Part shown: one piece after another, positions 53,131 to 64,000 of the stretch
Layout of the letters: each line of letters starts with the position of its first letter
Numbering within the stretch: the stretch's first letter is position 1
Assembly: GCA_951406725.2 (NCBI GenBank)
Contig: OX597817.1
Span: forward strand, 159,588,001-159,652,000
Source of the DNA: Octopus vulgaris
Lineage: Eukaryota
Direction: 5' to 3'
DNA length: 64,000 nucleotides
Position numbers and translations under genes: made by a program
The notes under the pieces: generated by a model
What the model saw: only the letters and a program-made list of their open reading frames with translations
Database searches by the model: none
What the model was told of the DNA's origin: nothing

Positions 53131-54001
53131 CTCTTTTCTTCACTGCTCATTTCTTTCAAGCCTTTGCAAGAACTGTAGTCAAAGCCCATGTTTCATTGCC
53201 ATGAAACATAACTGCATGTACACAGGCATTCATACAATCTGCCTTTCACTCTGAGTGAGAGGCCCTTTGTTACCAACAAAGGTAGAAACTTTCTGAAATT
53301 TGCCCAGCCCTTTCTTATTCTAGCAACTTCCACCTTCACTGTTAACTTGGCCTCCAAGGTAACAGAAGCTATCTATTATTTCTAATGATCACCCCAAGCA
53401 TTTGAGGGAGTCTATTGTCTATGCATTTTTAGTGCTAATTGTACCTGCACATTTGCTACACAAAAAGACTATTTCTTCAGTTAATCTTCCTGTGATACTA
53501 CTACACCTCTTGTATCCAAAGCTTGCACTGGGTACAACATATGGAATTTCTACTAACACTCTTCTTACATATCAAGCAGGGCCACTTCCCAGAAGGGACT
53601 TGTAATTTGTCTGTTTTCTACTTACTAGGACTTTGGCTTTTGCTAAATTAACATTAAGATCCTTATATTTCAAGCTGTGCTTCTACACCTGAAATTTCTT
53701 CTCTAGATCAGCTATATGAACAAGGTCATCAGCATAGAGGAGCTCCCAGGGGCAGCTGGTCTTGAACTCATCTGTTAAGGCCTGCAGGACTAAGATAAAC
53801 AAGAGGGGGTTGAGAACTCATTGCTATACTCGTTACCAACCTTCACCTTACTGGTAGCATCCCTGAACATGGTTTGTGCAGCTCTCACTAACCACTTAGC
53901 TATCCCTAGCTTCTACATGAACCACCAGATACGGGAGCAGGGGACCCTATCAAAAGCTTTCTCCATGTCAACGAAAGCCAAGCACAGAGGTTTATTTTCA
54001 A
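53131..54001 (-). mobile_element. RTE-clade LINE RT fragment with Cys-rich insertion, decayed
   Basis: FVDMEKAFDRVP, WELLYADDLV, VNLAKAKVLVS and a Cys-rich C..C / LCSKCAG segment, followed by GLSLRVKGRLY. Confidence 0.85.
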
Positions 54002-55189
54002 ACAATATATATAGGAGTAGGACAAACATCATTACAACAGTGAATTACAAGAATGGAAGATGCATTTCACCCTAATTGGAGCTTGTCAATGCTGTGCGTC
54101 CATTTATCATTTGGTAAGATGAAATTCATGCTCTGATACATGGGGAACAGTGAATAATACATGATATTATGGAAAACTTGCTAGACTGTAAAAAACTCAG
54201 CATGACAAACCAAGCTGTAGGGCAGAACATGTCAGTTATTCTCATGAGTCACTGCTGCAATGATGATTGCTTTACACCAATATTTTTCAATACAATATAT
54301 CAGCAAAGAGATTTTCTCTCAGACAAAACCCACAGCATCATGCCTTTCAATGACATATATATGTTTAGTATGATACACAAGTGGAGATCTTAATTTAATG
54401 CTGTTTCATTTCTGTTTGTAAAGTTCACCAACCACTTTACAGAACAAACTGGGTGCATTTCTTCTTGGCACCACTACAGAGGTTGTTATGTTTTTGACAA
54501 AACCAAAGGGTCCTCCCAACCCCACAATTAACAGTGTACTAGGTGTATTTTATCATGGTGCCAGCATTAGAGTGTGTTGAGAGAGTGATAGATAGGAAGA
54601 GGAAGCTGAATGTCGAGAATGAACAACGGATGCCAATACTAAATGACCAGGAAGAAATATAGGTAAAATGTATGGGGTTCATGTAGGTTTGATGAGGTTA
54701 CCTCAGAATATACATCAAGATGGTGAGAGTGCTAGGATGATAAAGATAAAAGAGAGAGAAAGTGTTGGAGAGAAGATCAGATAAGTCCCATTGGTATTGT
54801 TAGTTACACTGGAAACAATATATAGCGAACCAGAGAGAGTCACTGCTATCCTTAGTCACATCAACAACATAGTACAATAAGAATGGAAATAGGAGATAAT
54901 AATGAAGACTTGAGCACTAGAGGCATGAGTGATGAAGACATGGCTGAGAGTGGTAATAGATAGATGAGCAATAAGAGAGATGCATGATAAAAGGAGGTGA
55001 GTGCTAATGCATTTAAGATGGAAGGAAGGCTGTCAAGGAGACTAAAGATGTAGCTTTGACAGTGTGTGAGTGTGAATATGCATACATATATATATACACA
55101 CACACACATCCACACATCCATATGAATATATGCACATATACATGTCATGTACATGCCTAAAGATACATACTTATACACTCACACACACA

Positions 55190-56290
55190 GAGCTTGTATA
55201 GTTCTCAACAGACATTCGTCTACCCCAAGCTTCTTCAGAGACCATTGGATCACAGAGTATAGGCCCCTATCAAAAGCCTTCTCTACATTAACAAATGCCA
55301 GGTCCAAGGAACTACTCTTGATTAGATGTTTCTGCTGCAGCTGTTGCAAGAAAGATGTTTCTTCTGCAACTGTTGCATCCCTAGCATCAGTAGTACTTCA
55401 TCCTTGCACAAACCCAAGCTCCACTGCAACTATGTTAATTCCCATCAATAAATAGTGCTATTACTCTTTTGGCAACTTTCATAACCTATTCTAACAGTTT
55501 AATACCACTGTAGTTTTCTCTGCAGTGCATCTCCCAGTTGACTGCTATTCCAGTCATTGGGTATGACACTCTACTGTAATACCCGATTTAATATGCAGCT
55601 GATTAGTCCATGTCATGTTCCAACAGACATTTTAAACATTTCAGTAGTAATTCCTGAAAGACCAAGTGCCATCCTTGCTTTCATATCCTTTATTCCTCTA
55701 TCCACCATACTGCTGTCAACATGACTAGTTGGACTGAATGTTAGGTCAACTTGGAGCAGATCTTCTTTCTTCTATGCCTTCACCTCATTTAACAACCTTT
55801 TGTAATAGCACTTTCCATGTCTTTTTCTTTTCAATGTCTATGAGAGCAAGAGTGCTATTATCATTCCATATGCATTTCTACTGCCAATGACATCTCAATT
55901 TTCTCTTATATACTACCATGCAATTCCAAATACTTTAGGCCTGTGATTCTCTCATCTTAGTACACTGATAAACTTTTTTACTCTGGGCTCCTTCCCTCGC
56001 AAAATATACCTGGCAACTAGCCTCTCTTCTCATGGTTTGATGTTGCTTTTTGCTGCTCTCTTTCTTTAATTTCAGTCTTCCCAAGCATATATCAAGCCTT
56101 TATGGTCCAATTGAGAGAGCTATTCTACCACCATGATGCTATCTTTTTGGCAAGGATCTTGCACCAGTCACAGATTTGGTCCATTGCATTCAGGAGGTTG
56201 CCTTGCAGTAACTCCTAGCTGTCATCTGTTATAATTTACAATTTCCTCCTAAATCTTGTTAGGCATCATCTCATTTAATCCCTGGAGCTA
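55190..56290 (-). mobile_element. Older RTE LINE fragment (region upstream of and into RT)
   Basis: LAFVNVEKAFDRG..VIQWSLKKLGVDE; decayed GFVQG and WW motifs. Confidence 0.65.
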
Positions 56291-56660
56291 TTACTGGTTG
56301 TAAGTTTCTTGAACTTCCATGCACTCCTTTTCATGATTTGACTTCTGTCTCAGGTTTATTACAATGCTGCTCCCACCCTTCCTATACTTCCCTGCGTTAT
56401 CTCCTCCTTTCTGGACTACTATTTCTTTCACAATCCCTCCAATACTAATACACACACACACACACAAGATGGGCTTCTTCCAATTTTCATCTACCAAATC
56501 CACTCATAAGGCATTAGTAATTTGGGGCTATAGTAGACAACACTTGCATAGGATGTAATACAGTGGGTCTGAACTCAAAATCATGTGGATGGGAAGCAAA
56601 CTTTTTATCGTCTTACTACACAGTCTGTGCCTATGCCACAGGTGCATCTGTATACATATA

Positions 56661-56941
56661 TATTTGTGGGTTAAGAAGACTACCAACAGTTTCATGCTAA
56701 GAAGGGTCTTATTACAATTTTCAAGCCTGCCACATGGGAACATTGGTACTCATCCCCATTTTGGATCCAAATTGGAGATGAGTACCAACAGTCCCATGTG
56801 GCAGGCTTGAAAACTGTAAAGAAAACTGTAAAGTGATCCTTCTTAATATGAAACCATTGGTAGTCTTCTTAACCCACAAATAAAGAATATTTATCTACCA
56901 GTGCAGTGTTGAGCACTCATTCTCACTGTTCAGTATTAGCA
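56661..56941. mobile_element. About 220-bp near-perfect palindrome with one-sided tail (Penelope-like inverted pLTR)
   Basis: Arms 56661-56765 / 56766-56882 centred on TTGGA|TCCAA with no spacer; the right arm continues about 60 bp; TA-rich flanks. Confidence 0.65.
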
Positions 56942-57030
56942 TTTATAATATGTCTATATATATTATATAATAATATATACTATATAATAATACATATTAT
57001 ATAATTGTGTGTGTGTATGTATGTATATAA

Positions 57031-57222
57031 AGTTAATCCAAACAAGAAAGCACAAAATAACACAACAATGCGAGGACGTGGAACAAATATAGTATTATTG
57101 GACGCTCAGGAAAGAATGAGGGTTTAACGTTTCGAGCGGAGCTCTTCATCGGAAACATAAGAGAAGGAAAGATCCAGAGAAGGGAAGACAGAGGAAAAAA
57201 AAATTGCCAACGGTACACACGC

Positions 57223-57230
<8 letters not shown>
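57031..57230 (-). mobile_element. Penelope-like terminal fragment with hammerhead motif, inserted in (TA)n
   Basis: Minus strand 57156-57122: GTTT-CCGATGA-A-GAGC-tcc-GCTC-GAAAC-GTT-AAAC. Confidence 0.7.
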
Positions 57231-57259
<29 letters not shown>

Positions 57260-57262
<3 letters not shown>

Positions 57263-57287
57263 ATTTTAATTTAATATTTTCATAAAT

Positions 57288-57325
<38 letters not shown>

Positions 57326-57700
57326 GTATAATATTTTAATATAGTATTTTCATAAATATATGCATATTTTAATATAGGATTTTCATATATATATATAGGT
57401 TGTTTTATAAAGCCTGAAACACGTGTACCGCGACATCCTTTGTGTTCTGTTTTTTATTTCATTTGATGCATATATATATATATATACATATATACATACA
57501 TACATACTATTTTAATATAGCATTTTCATAAATGTATATATATATTTCTATATAATATTTCTATATATACATATATATAATATTTTGATATAGTATTTTC
57601 ATAAATATATTATAAATATATATATATAATATTTTAATTTAGTATTTTCATAAATTATATATATATATATATAAGATTTTAATTCAGTATTCTCATGAAT
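57260..57700. repeat. Minisatellite: about 25-bp unit ATTTTAATATAGTATTTTCATAAAT interleaved with (TA)n/(CA)n
   Basis: About 7-8 variant copies visible. Confidence 0.8.
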
Positions 57701-58384
57701 ATAACAGCTAATGATGAATCACTTATAAAAATTGTGCACCCTTCATTTCCTTTCAAAACACCTGTTATGGCCATGAAATTCTAAACCTTCATTTAAAAGT
57801 TTTGAAAATATCATATGGTAAATACAATAGGAATCTGATAAATATAATTAAAATAGTTTCAAGGTTAAAAAAAATGGCAAGCATACAAATGTTCTCAAAA
57901 ATATCCTTATTGTAGATGTAAAAAGCTAAATATTCATCATTAAAAGACAGATATTTTCTTTAATAAAATTTAGAATGCACTGAAAACGGATGTTAATTAT
58001 AGGTGAACAAACGCTGAGACAGGAAATATAAAGATGTTTTAGAGTGGCCTTAAGGTAAAGAGATCAAGCAGCGGAATAAATTGTATGATGTGAAGAAGAG
58101 AAATCTAAGTTTTGGGCATAATTTTTTATTGGAAAATGATGTTATGCTTACTGGTGTTGCTGGAATAATAAATTGGAAGTAGTGAGAAGGAAAGAGAAAA
58201 TTATAACAACCAAAACTAAAGGTGGAGGGTGTAATATAGATGAAAAGAGAGGTAGCTGTTATTGGAGAGGAAGGAGCCAACAGTCAAATAAGGAATGCCA
58301 GCAGATTTGAAAAATGTTGAGAGACAGGAGGTAAATACAAGAAAACACCTTACACACACACTCACACATATATACATAAACATG

Positions 58385-58638
58385 TAAATATAAGGAAACT
58401 GATGTATATATAAACAAACAATTTACATTCACGCATTTATGTATTTCCCAAGGCTTTCTCATATGTAAGTGCACACAAACAGCCCCGCCACATAATGCAC
58501 ACACATGCATTTGTATGTGTGTGCACATATATATGTGTATGCACACAAATATATATGAGAAAGCCTCAGGAAATACATAAATATGTGGATGTAAATTATG
58601 TTTGTTTATCTATACATCTAAGCGTTTCCTCAGATTTA
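58385..58638. repeat. About 80-bp inverted repeat with (CA/TG)-rich spacer
   Basis: Left arm 58385-58464 is the reverse complement of 58553-58638 with a few mismatches and indels. Confidence 0.75.
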
Positions 58639-61600
58639 CCCAGCAAGAAAAATTACCACAGCCTAGCAACTTATTGCTAGCTTGGGTACCACATAAGGAC
58701 TGTTGTGGTTAGCTGGCATCTGAAATCAACTTGAGAGGTAACACATTTACCGCTAGGATAATAAATCCCTTTAAACTCATTTATATATGTATATATAAAT
58801 TAGAAAAAAAACACCTTTTATCAGTTCAATAATGAAAAATTAGATTATACCATTTAGAAAAATTACATCTTATAGAAAGATTAAATATAAGATAAAACAT
58901 ATACCAATGATTAAGTAATGTGCAAAATGAGTTTGGAATAATATTCCCTCATATTATATATATATATATATATATATATTAATCAGCTAAAATTGCGAGG
59001 ATGATCCGGTCCTTGAATGAAGATAAAAGGCTTTGAATGACCCGTCCGTGTTTTAATTTGTATCGTCTATCTGGATGTTTTGTTGTCCCTTTTGTATCAC
59101 CTAGTTCTCCAGATGTTTTGCGTTCTTGTCCCATTTTGTATTTTATTTTATATAGCGGCGTACGTACACTTTGTTCTCTTATATATATATATGCATGCTT
59201 TTACATACACACAATGTTTGAAGACGTGGCCTGGACAAACAGAATTAAGGATTTAGAGGTTGCAAGATACACTTGCAGAAATTGTTATCTAGATGGTATC
59301 CGTTTTCACTGACTTTTATATACTTTCAGAATTTACACTTTACATTCTAGAAGTGCATTAGGCTTTGAGGCCAGTTATGAGTGCACTCTTGGAATTAAAG
59401 GGACAAGCATAGCGTACACAATGGGAACATTTAAAGACATTGGAAGGGAACTTTTAATGAAGTCACGTAAGATTTTGTCAATTTTGAAAATGAGGGGAGG
59501 ATGATTAGGAAATATAGAAGCTGTTTGGGTGTCAGAGGGAAGGAAACAAAAATTGCAGAGGGGAGTTTGTTGAAGAAACAAAGCAGATGAGAGAAAAGTA
59601 GTAGAAAAGGAAACTGTGCAAAAATGCTTCAGTGTGTTTGGAGAAAACGTGCATAGGCTCTGTTGGTGGCTTGGTCTTGGTGGACTGTGGCACAGATCAA
59701 CCATACAGAATAACCTTATTTGGAACGAGGAAGAAATATGGTATTCTGTTAGATATTCAAAAAAAAATCCAAGTCTTTATTGTCAAATTCATTGGAGTCA
59801 AAGAAATTATAAGAACAAGATTGCAGCTTTTGTGTCAGCCAGTGGTTCTATAATTAACAGAGATGGGAAAATGTCATGTCAGTGGTGGTGAAACTATCAA
59901 ACGAAACAGATACTGAAGAAGGTATCAGAAGTGTCAAAGATGGTAAAGTTAAAATTCCAAAGATGAAATTTGACTGACTCTTTTCACTAACATTTGTAAC
60001 TTTTCCCCTCTTCCTCCTTTATTCACTGTTGTAATAATTTTCTCTCACTTTCATGACTTTCCACTCTTTTACTCCAATGAAACAAAAATACCTCCTCTCT
60101 TTCCATCGAAAAATTCTGCTTGAAACTTTTGACTTCTTCCTCACATTGTAACATTTATCCCACAGTTTGAACTCTTTGCATTACTACTGGCACAGACCAT
60201 TGCCAGTTTTCTGAGATTCTACTGTTTTACTATGGTAATGAGAGATTAGTATAAATTGTTAGACACTGTGTATTTGAAAAACCTGATGATATTTGGAAGT
60301 GTCTCAACTCTTTAATTTCCATCATTGCTCAGATTACAACTAACTTGAAATATATAACCATAATACCCCAGCCAATAAATTTACAAACTCTATTGCAGTT
60401 TAATTCAACTCATTTGATGTTTCATAACGCATCTAACATGTATACTATATAGCTTGATCAAAATAATCCTTTAATCATTAATATTGATTTTTCAGTCTCT
60501 ACACTACCACAAACTTCACCTTCAACATTGATTAAATCACCTGGATAAAGAATTATCTACTAATTCTGGCAAACAATTGCAGCAGGTAATAGTCTTTGCA
60601 AAGGGTTTATGTGCACTATCGGCTTGATCAGTACACTGAAAATGTAGAAAAAGATGATACTACTATTAATAATAATAATCAAACTGAATGAACTACCAAC
60701 CAAAATTAAAAAACCAACACTAAAGTGAACAACCATAAAAACTGGAGATTGGTCTTCCCGCCATACAAAAAATATCTCTTAAATTTAAGCCACTGTCAAT
60801 TTTTATCTTATCCAAAAAAAGATGTCACTTTTATAAAGCTTTTACTATGTTTGCACAGTTCTGTGGGGAAAAAAAAAGCAATCATATTCTGCCGCACTCA
60901 ACCTGTTATTACAAATAGACATTATCTTCTTAGTGAGTTGCTAATATTCTGTCATCATACTTACAAATATAACAGATTAATCATTCAGCTAAAATTCCTG
61001 CTGATGAGCAGATAATTCTCTGTATAGCTTTTACTTGTGTTTAAAACTAATATTGTATTACTGAAACTACTTTAACAACATCTCTGTTGTGGCTCAAAAA
61101 GGTTTGCAGTTATTTCAAGCATAACATAGCAACAAATTGCCAACAAACAGTGAAGTCATAATATCATTCATTACACTTTTCTTACAAAACTAATGTCTTT
61201 GAGAAAGCACCAACATTAAATGATCTCATTTCCCCTTCTGAAGCTTTACGGAAGAACCGTTAGAGAACATTATTCTGACATGAAAAACTGCTGTCTTTGA
61301 TTTTTCTGTTGTTAAATAAACAAACAAATACCAGTAATACTCTAGTTTCAATTCATCTAACTACATCTCAGATCTCGTATGTCTAAGAAATAAATTAATG
61401 TATTCAGTACTAAACAGGATACTTTAAAATGAAAGTCTGAAACTGTTCGCTAGACAAATCCAGTATGTTCAGTGTTCACCATATTTTGACTACACAGTGT
61501 ACCAAACTGTGTTACATACAGTCAGCGTTCAACAAAATAACATTGCATGAGGAAGTTGTTAAGCTGTTAAAAATACAACAATTAATCATTTTTCACAGCA

Positions 61601-62599
61601 GGTTAGCAAATTATCTCATATTCATTGGATTCCACCAAGGTTAGATATTAATTATAAAAGAGACTCAGAGAATGCGATACATTACATCCAGTAACAATAT
61701 ATTTAAAATGCAAACATATTGGTAAGTTTTAATTCACTTCTGTGAAAGTATGTGTTATATATATATATATATATATAACACACATGCGTGCGCGTTTGTA
61801 TATATGAAGAGAGAGATCAACCTTGTTTATCTTGTGTTGCTGTCTTCTATTTCCCATCCTTAAAAATTGCTATCATTTAAATCCATGCCATCAATAATTT
61901 TCTTCCTTTGACTGTGAATTAAGCATAGCAAAGCTAACACACATACACACACACTCTCTCTCAAGCAACAAATAAAATAACATCTAATAAGGTCCTAAAA
62001 CCTAAAATACGTTATGATGCAAAAATATTGGTTAATTTCTAAATTACTTTGTAAACAATAAAGCTGCATTTACTCATAAATTGCACTCTAAATATTGCAT
62101 AGAAAACTTAGTACAAAACTTTCATAATGAAAATCTGCATGGAAAATGAGGTTCATGGAGCTTTTCAAATCAAGTTAAATGTTTCTTGCTATTAGTGGAG
62201 TTAAATTAGTCACTATGTTGAACACATTTATTAATAAAATAAATTATGAACCTGGTTATCAAATAGCTGCTACATTCGTATTATGTGACAGTAAAATATA
62301 TCAAAGAGATCATTAAAGCAAATCAAATAAGTCACCAAAGAACATCTCTTAGGTTAAGCACAATTATGAAATTATCAATTAATAATAAATGATTATTAAT
62401 TACAACTTAAAATCAAATCCAAAGTCATAAAAACCAGGTTCTTCAACATCACTGTTGCTAAATAGCTACTTCCTTAACTTCAAAATGGAAGCCTGAAATA
62501 ATTATATCTTATGATCTAAGACAGTTATTTCTGAGATATCTTGGCTTCTACCACAGACTGAGTGCATGTCTCACCATAAATAAAGCTTTAAACAATGGA

Positions 62600-63193
62600 T
62601 TAGGAGATAACTTGGCAGTTTCCCATTTTATCTCTACAAGAGTTACAATATAACCACTAATCTTCTAATCCAGTCTAAAAAGTTCTTTCTCCATTTCTGG
62701 ATATAGAAACTGCTTCCCTTTATGTACCTTCTTAAAAAATTTTAAGACATTTCCAGTAAAGCTTCTTTCTGTTTTCTCCAATCTCTGATGCAGAAAACAC
62801 CCTCTCAGCAGTTCTATTACCATGGAAATTTCACAACATTAAGTCGAAAACAGCAATATATGACAAACGTTTTCTCTTCACATTAGTAGCAACCATTATA
62901 GCAATGCTTGGTAATGGGGATAAAGTTTTACTCTGTCATACCTATCGCATTTACAACCTGATGTACAAACCTCAATAATTTTTTTGCTCTCTTGATTTTC
63001 ACTCACTATTTTGGGTTTTTTTTTTATTTTTCCATACCAGTTACTTTCAGAAACTGAGCTGAATTCATCACCATCAACCCCATTACTAATATACTTCATT
63101 GCATCACACTAGCAGTGTGTCAATGGGAATGCTTAAAATACCAGACCCAGAGGAACACTTTCTGATTTAATTTTTCTACTGAGTAAAATACAG
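62600..63193 (-). mobile_element. Decayed pogo-family transposon 5' part (Brinker-type DBD + CENP-B HTH)
   Basis: Frameshifted translation RKRLSYIAVF / LNVVKF / HGNRTAERVF / IRDWRKQKEALLEM / YPEMEKEL / DWIRR / SGYIVT (62875-62600); TA+CTGTATTTTACTC terminus at 63195-63181. Confidence 0.72.
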
Positions 63194-64000
63194 TATTTAT
63201 TTTATTCATGGTAGCTACAATTATAGGCAATATGTGATCATGTGATTCAACATTCATTATAATAGCTGCTTGTAATTATGATGAAATTTCTTGCACAAGA
63301 CTTCCTGGCCTCACATATAAATTACACAACACCAATTTCTTTTTTTTTTATTGAAGATGAGTTAAAAAAAGTGATGTTTGTGTAACAACGAATGGTATGA
63401 AGCCTAAAAGCATTCAATTCCTTATCAGTTATCACATTCCATCATTCTTATCATTCTACCTCTCTTACACTTCACAGGCCTATGTGTAAGACACTGCATC
63501 AAACCACCTGTACCCAATATACTCCAGCTTCACCCTTTCTGTATTGTATTCTGTATCCCACCCCTCTCTCTCCTCTTAGCCATTTCTATTGTTACCCATT
63601 ACCTATACTTGCCTTTGTCTCTGCTATTGCCTATCACTCCTCTTCTGTCTCTAACCTAATAACTTTATCTCTGCCATCATATTCTTGCTTCTTTCAACTG
63701 TCCATTCTGGCCTTTTGTGTCTTCGTTTTCTAAATTGTTTCTTTCTTCAGTCACATTACCATACATGGCAGAATACTAAGTACTCTCTAAACTTAAAGTG
63801 TACAAGGCACTTCTACTGTGCTGGAGCCATGGTGGAAGCTACATTCTTCCATGCACCTTGTAGAATGATCAGTGAGCAGAGGCAAAATATGACTGAGCAG
63901 TCTCATTAGTCCTATCTCATGGTGGATAAACTGTCTCTCTAGTGCTGGTGTCACAAAAAAAAAATGCACTAGGTATATGGATGGCAAATGAACAGAGAAA

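Noticed and set aside
57260-57700. CRISPR-like repeat-spacer pattern
   Set aside because: Eukaryotic context, variable AT-rich units, spacers are mostly simple repeats and there are no cas genes; it is a minisatellite.
58995-59050. Possible further hammerhead (ATGAAGA...GAAT)
   Set aside because: Stems and the GAAA box are too degenerate to support the call.
62896-63099. 67-aa ORF with protein-like composition
   Set aside because: It lies inside the decayed pogo element between the terminus and the transposase remnant, with no recognisable domain.

Overview
This is AT-rich, microsatellite-laden eukaryotic DNA. Its repeat landscape (tRNA-headed SINEs with RTE-type (ATG)n tails, RTE and CR1 LINE debris, Tc1/mariner, pogo, hAT and TTAA MITEs) strongly resembles an octopod cephalopod genome; the organism is an inference. 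No intact host protein-coding exon could be identified, and nearly all ORF-track entries are microsatellite or repeat artefacts. The only long real ORF is a decayed CR1-clade LINE ORF2 (APE+RT) at about 7.0-9.1 kb (-). A non-repetitive, CpG-retaining block at about 45-50 kb has a strong minus-strand splice donor and looks like a promoter/first exon. The most notable observations are: (i) several unrelated short inserts carrying minimal hammerhead-ribozyme folds, some in asymmetric Penelope-style palindromes, one behind a tRNA-like Pol III head and two with non-canonical cores; (ii) local templated duplications, one coupled to an RTE-tail insertion; (iii) an internal LINE segment bounded on both sides by TA-rich microsatellite. 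All calls come from reading the sequence by eye; no searches were run.
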